NCBI GenBank assembly: GCA_964345605.1 | Contig: CAYFSA010000004.1 | Span: 1-50,239 of the forward strand | DNA from: an uncultured Ectothiorhodospiraceae bacterium | Lineage (GTDB): Bacteria; Pseudomonadota; Gammaproteobacteria; CAYFSA01 | Direction: 5' to 3' | Length of the DNA: 50,239 bases | Shown: one piece after another, positions 47,633 to 50,239 of the stretch | Position numbering within the stretch: position 1 is the first letter of the stretch | Layout of the letters: each line of letters begins with the position of its first letter | Program-made: the position numbers and the translations under genes | Notes under the pieces: generated by a model | What the model was told of the DNA's origin: nothing | What the model saw: only the letters and a program-made list of their open reading frames with translations | Database searches by the model: none

Positions 47633-48658
47633 ATGTCGAGCTATCAAGTAGCCTTGGATGCCATGGGCGGCGATCACGGGCCGAGCGTGGTGGTGCCGGC
47701 TGCCCTGAATGCCTTGGTGCATTTCCCGGATTTGGAGCTGATCCTGGTGGGTGATCGCAAGCAGATCGAACCTCGCCTGCGCCGCGCCGCTGCCAACATG
47801 CGTGAGCGACTGCATATCCGCCATGCCGCTGAGGTCGTGGCCATGGATGAACCGCCCTCCCAAGCCTTGCGCAATAAAAAGGATTCGTCCATGCGCGTGG
47901 CGATCAACCTGGTCAAGGAAGGTCAGGCCGCTGCTTGTGTCAGCGCGGGCAATACCGGCGCGCTGATGGCCACCGGCCGCTACGTTCTGAAAACCCTCTC
48001 CGGTATCGACCGGCCCGCCATCATCGCGGCCTTGCCGAGCAAACAGGGGCATACTCAGATGCTTGATCTGGGCGCCAATGTCGATTGCACGGCCGAGCAC
48101 CTCTATGAGTTTGCCGTAATGGGCTCGGTGGTCTGCGAGGTGGTCGACGGCATCGACCAACCGCGTATCGGCTTGTTGAACATCGGCCAAGAAATCATCA
48201 AGGGCAATGAACAAGTCAAACAGGCCGGAGCCCGTTTAGAACAAAGCGATCTGAACTACATCGGCTACGTGGAAGGCGACGATATTTATTTAGGCGGCGT
48301 CGATGTGGTCGTTTGCGACGGTTTCGTCGGCAATGTCTCGCTCAAAACCAGCGAGGGCGTCGCTAAACTGGTAAGCGGCCTGATGCGCAGTGAATTCAAG
48401 CGCAACCCTCTGACCAAGCTGGCCGGTTTAGTGGCCCAACCGGTCATGCGCGGCCTGCGCAAGCGCATTGATCCACGGCTGTATAATGGCGCGAGCCTCG
48501 TGGGCTTGCGGGGCGTGGTCATCAAAAGCCATGGCGGTACCGACCGGATCGGCTTTGAGAATGCCATTCGCATTGCTCGGCTAGAAGCTGAAGCTAACGT
48601 CCCGGAGCGCATTAGTAATAACCTAAAGCAGTTGCTGAATCAGAGGCTTGTCAGTTGA
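47633..48658 (+). CDS. plsX: Phosphate acyltransferase PlsX
   Basis: [35 protein letters not shown] motifs. Confidence 0.96.
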   Translation: MSSYQVALDAMGGDHGPSVVVPAALNALVHFPDLELILVGDRKQIEPRLRRAAANMRERLHIRHAAEVVAMDEPPSQALRNKKDSSMRVAINLVKEGQAAACVSAGNTGALMATGRYVLKTLSGIDRPAIIAALPSKQGHTQMLDLGANVDCTAEHLYEFAVMGSVVCEVVDGIDQPRIGLLNIGQEIIKGNEQVKQAGARLEQSDLNYIGYVEGDDIYLGGVDVVVCDGFVGNVSLKTSEGVAKLVSGLMRSEFKRNPLTKLAGLVAQPVMRGLRKRIDPRLYNGASLVGLRGVVIKSHGGTDRIGFENAIRIARLEAEANVPERISNNLKQLLNQRLVS

Positions 48659-49623
48659 CCTATGCACGCATCAGCGGGACCGGGAGTTATCTGCCGGACA
48701 AAATCCTGACCAACGCCGATCTCGAGCGGATCGTCGATACCTCAGATGATTGGATCAGTGAGCGTACCGGCATCAAGAAACGCCACATCGCCGCCGCCGG
48801 CGAGACCACTTGTGACTTGGCCGAACAAGCCGCCCGCCGCGCGCTGCATAGGGCCGGGCGCAGCCCCCATGACGTCGACTTGATCATCGTCGCGACCACC
48901 ACGCCGGATCGGATTTTCCCCAGTACCGCCTGCCTGTTGCAGCAACGCCTCGACATTCACGGGCCGCCGGCCTTCGATATTCAGGCCGTGTGCACCGGAT
49001 TCGTCTATGCCTTAAGCGTGGCGGATCAGTTCGTGCGCGCCGGCACCGCCCGCTGTGCATTAGTCGTCGGCGCCGAAACACTGTCACGCATTTTGGATTG
49101 GGCCGACCGCGGCACCTGCGTGCTATTTGGCGACGGCGCCGGGGCCGTGGTGCTCGAAGCGAGCGAGACGCCCGGCATCTTGACCACCCAACTGCATGCC
49201 GACGGCGCTTATGAGCATCTGCTTAATGTCCCGTTCGGGGTGGGCAGCGGCTATGAGCAGGTGATCGACGGCGAGGCCTTCATCCACATGAAGGGCAACG
49301 AGGTGTTCAAGATGGCGGTCAACACCCTTGGCCGGATTGTGGATGAAACCCTGGCAGCAACGGGTCTGGAAAAACGCGACATCGACTGGCTGGTGCCGCA
49401 TCAGGCCAATGTGCGCATCATCGTCGCCGCCGCCAAGAAGCTCCAATTGCCCATGGAACAAGTGGTTGTAACCGTCGATGCCCATGGCAATACCTCGGCG
49501 GCCTCCATCCCCCTGGCCCTCGATCAAGTGGTGCGCGAAGGCCGGATCAAACCCGGCGAGACCATCATGATGGAAGCCTTCGGTGGCGGTTTCACCTGGG
49601 GCACGGCGCTGCTGCGTTTGTAG
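48655..49623 (+). CDS. fabH: 3-oxoacyl-ACP synthase III FabH
   Basis: TTG start overlaps the plsX stop. [17 protein letters not shown], active-site [31 protein letters not shown]. Confidence 0.96.
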   Translation: MTYARISGTGSYLPDKILTNADLERIVDTSDDWISERTGIKKRHIAAAGETTCDLAEQAARRALHRAGRSPHDVDLIIVATTTPDRIFPSTACLLQQRLDIHGPPAFDIQAVCTGFVYALSVADQFVRAGTARCALVVGAETLSRILDWADRGTCVLFGDGAGAVVLEASETPGILTTQLHADGAYEHLLNVPFGVGSGYEQVIDGEAFIHMKGNEVFKMAVNTLGRIVDETLAATGLEKRDIDWLVPHQANVRIIVAAAKKLQLPMEQVVVTVDAHGNTSAASIPLALDQVVREGRIKPGETIMMEAFGGGFTWGTALLRL

Positions 49624-49748
49624 GCACGCCTTCATGCAGCCTTTGGAAATGAGCAAGAGCCGGTTGAAACCCGCCCTACAGCATTTCTCCCCGGAGAAAC
49701 GAATCCATTCGCCCGCTTGTGGCTAAACCAATCAACTGAGGGATCATT

Positions 49749-50216
49749 ATGGCCCAAGAGATCGAGCGCAAATTTCTCATCGTCGGCGATGGCTGGCGCG
49801 AGCATATCGTCAAGACCATCGACTATCGCCAAGGCTACATGAGCAACACCGAACGCGCCTCCGTGCGCGTGCGGGTCGCAGCGGGCCAAGCCCATCTGAA
49901 TATCAAAAGCGCCACCCTCGGCGTCGAGCGTCTGGAATACGAATACCCCCTGCCCGAAGCCGATGCCCACGAAATGCTCGACAAACTCTGCGACAAGCCG
50001 CTGATCGAAAAGACCCGCTACTATGTCGAGGATGCCGGCCATACCTGGGAAGTCGACGTCTTTGCCGGTGACAACGCCGGTCTGATCGTGGCCGAGCTGG
50101 AGCTGCCCAGCGCCGACACGCCCTTCAATCAGCCCGCCTGGCTCGGCGAGGAAGTCTCCCACGACCCGCGGTATTACAACGTCATGTTAGTCAAGCATCC
50201 GTATAAGGATTGGTGA
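49749..50216 (+). CDS. CYTH-domain (triphosphate tunnel metalloenzyme) protein
   Basis: GAGGGA RBS. N-terminal EIERKFL (ExExK) signature of CYTH/CyaB-ThTPase proteins. 155 aa. Confidence 0.85.
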   Translation: MAQEIERKFLIVGDGWREHIVKTIDYRQGYMSNTERASVRVRVAAGQAHLNIKSATLGVERLEYEYPLPEADAHEMLDKLCDKPLIEKTRYYVEDAGHTWEVDVFAGDNAGLIVAELELPSADTPFNQPAWLGEEVSHDPRYYNVMLVKHPYKDW

Positions 50217-50239
50217 CAGGCGGCTAGCCCATGTTGGGC

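Noticed and set aside
49664-49679. GAAACCCGCCCTAC after fabH, resembling the right end (GAAGCCCGCCCTAC) of the 70-bp REP-like element
   Set aside because: Only about 14-17 nt match, and the partner hairpin arm and the rest of the element are missing. This is too short to distinguish from chance in GC-rich DNA without a genome-wide census.
1-50239. Looked for CRISPR arrays, integrases or transposases, toxin-antitoxin pairs, restriction-modification or other defence genes, tRNA/rRNA genes and prophage remnants
   Set aside because: None was seen. The only repeats are the two 70-bp elements and two short tandem duplications, and every large ORF is accounted for by conserved housekeeping or envelope functions.

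Overview
This is a high-GC gammaproteobacterial chromosomal core region, almost entirely coding and mostly ordinary housekeeping DNA. I could run no database searches; every call rests on reading the sequence and the ORF track.

Gene content, left to right:
- A truncated HelD/UvrD-like helicase gene.
- A DksA/TraR zinc-finger gene, a TraT-like lipoprotein gene and a DUF4405-like membrane protein gene.
- RNase P RNA (rnpB).
- An AT-rich spacer, then a complete division/cell-wall (dcw) cluster: mraZ-rsmH-ftsL-ftsI-murE-murF-mraY-murD-ftsW-murG-murC-murB-ddl-ftsQ-ftsA-ftsZ. Most of its junctions are 4-11 nt start/stop overlaps.
- lpxC, a DUF721 gene, an M23 peptidase gene, secA, argJ and a Nudix(MutT)-ThiE-like fusion.
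- On the minus strand: zapD-coaE-pilD-pilC-pilB, two tandem Tat-signal HiPIP genes and moaA.
- A plus-strand run of a Rieske ferredoxin, an LPP20-like lipoprotein, three glycosyltransferases and a Cys-rich ORF.
- yceF(maf), a two-subunit pyruvate carboxylase (pycB/pycA), yceD-rpmF-plsX-fabH and a CYTH-domain gene.

Gene order from the dcw cluster to pilB matches the E. coli 2-minute region and Pseudomonas. The HiPIP genes hint at a Chromatiales or Ectothiorhodospira-type sulfur oxidiser, but that is inference only.

I found no CRISPR array, integrase, toxin-antitoxin pair or recognisable defence system.

The most unusual observation is a 70-bp GTAG-capped double-hairpin element of REP/BIME type. 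It occurs twice, in opposite orientations, and both copies lie in frame inside essential genes. One is in the ftsW N-terminal tail and the other is in the middle of murG.

Secondary observations:
- A textbook Pmra promoter followed by four GTGGG-type MraZ boxes.
- An AT-rich island (about 21% GC) upstream of that promoter.
- No pilin gene next to pilBCD.
- A perfect 11-bp tandem repeat upstream of the Rieske gene.
- An uncharacterised glycosyltransferase and Cys-rich ORF cluster.
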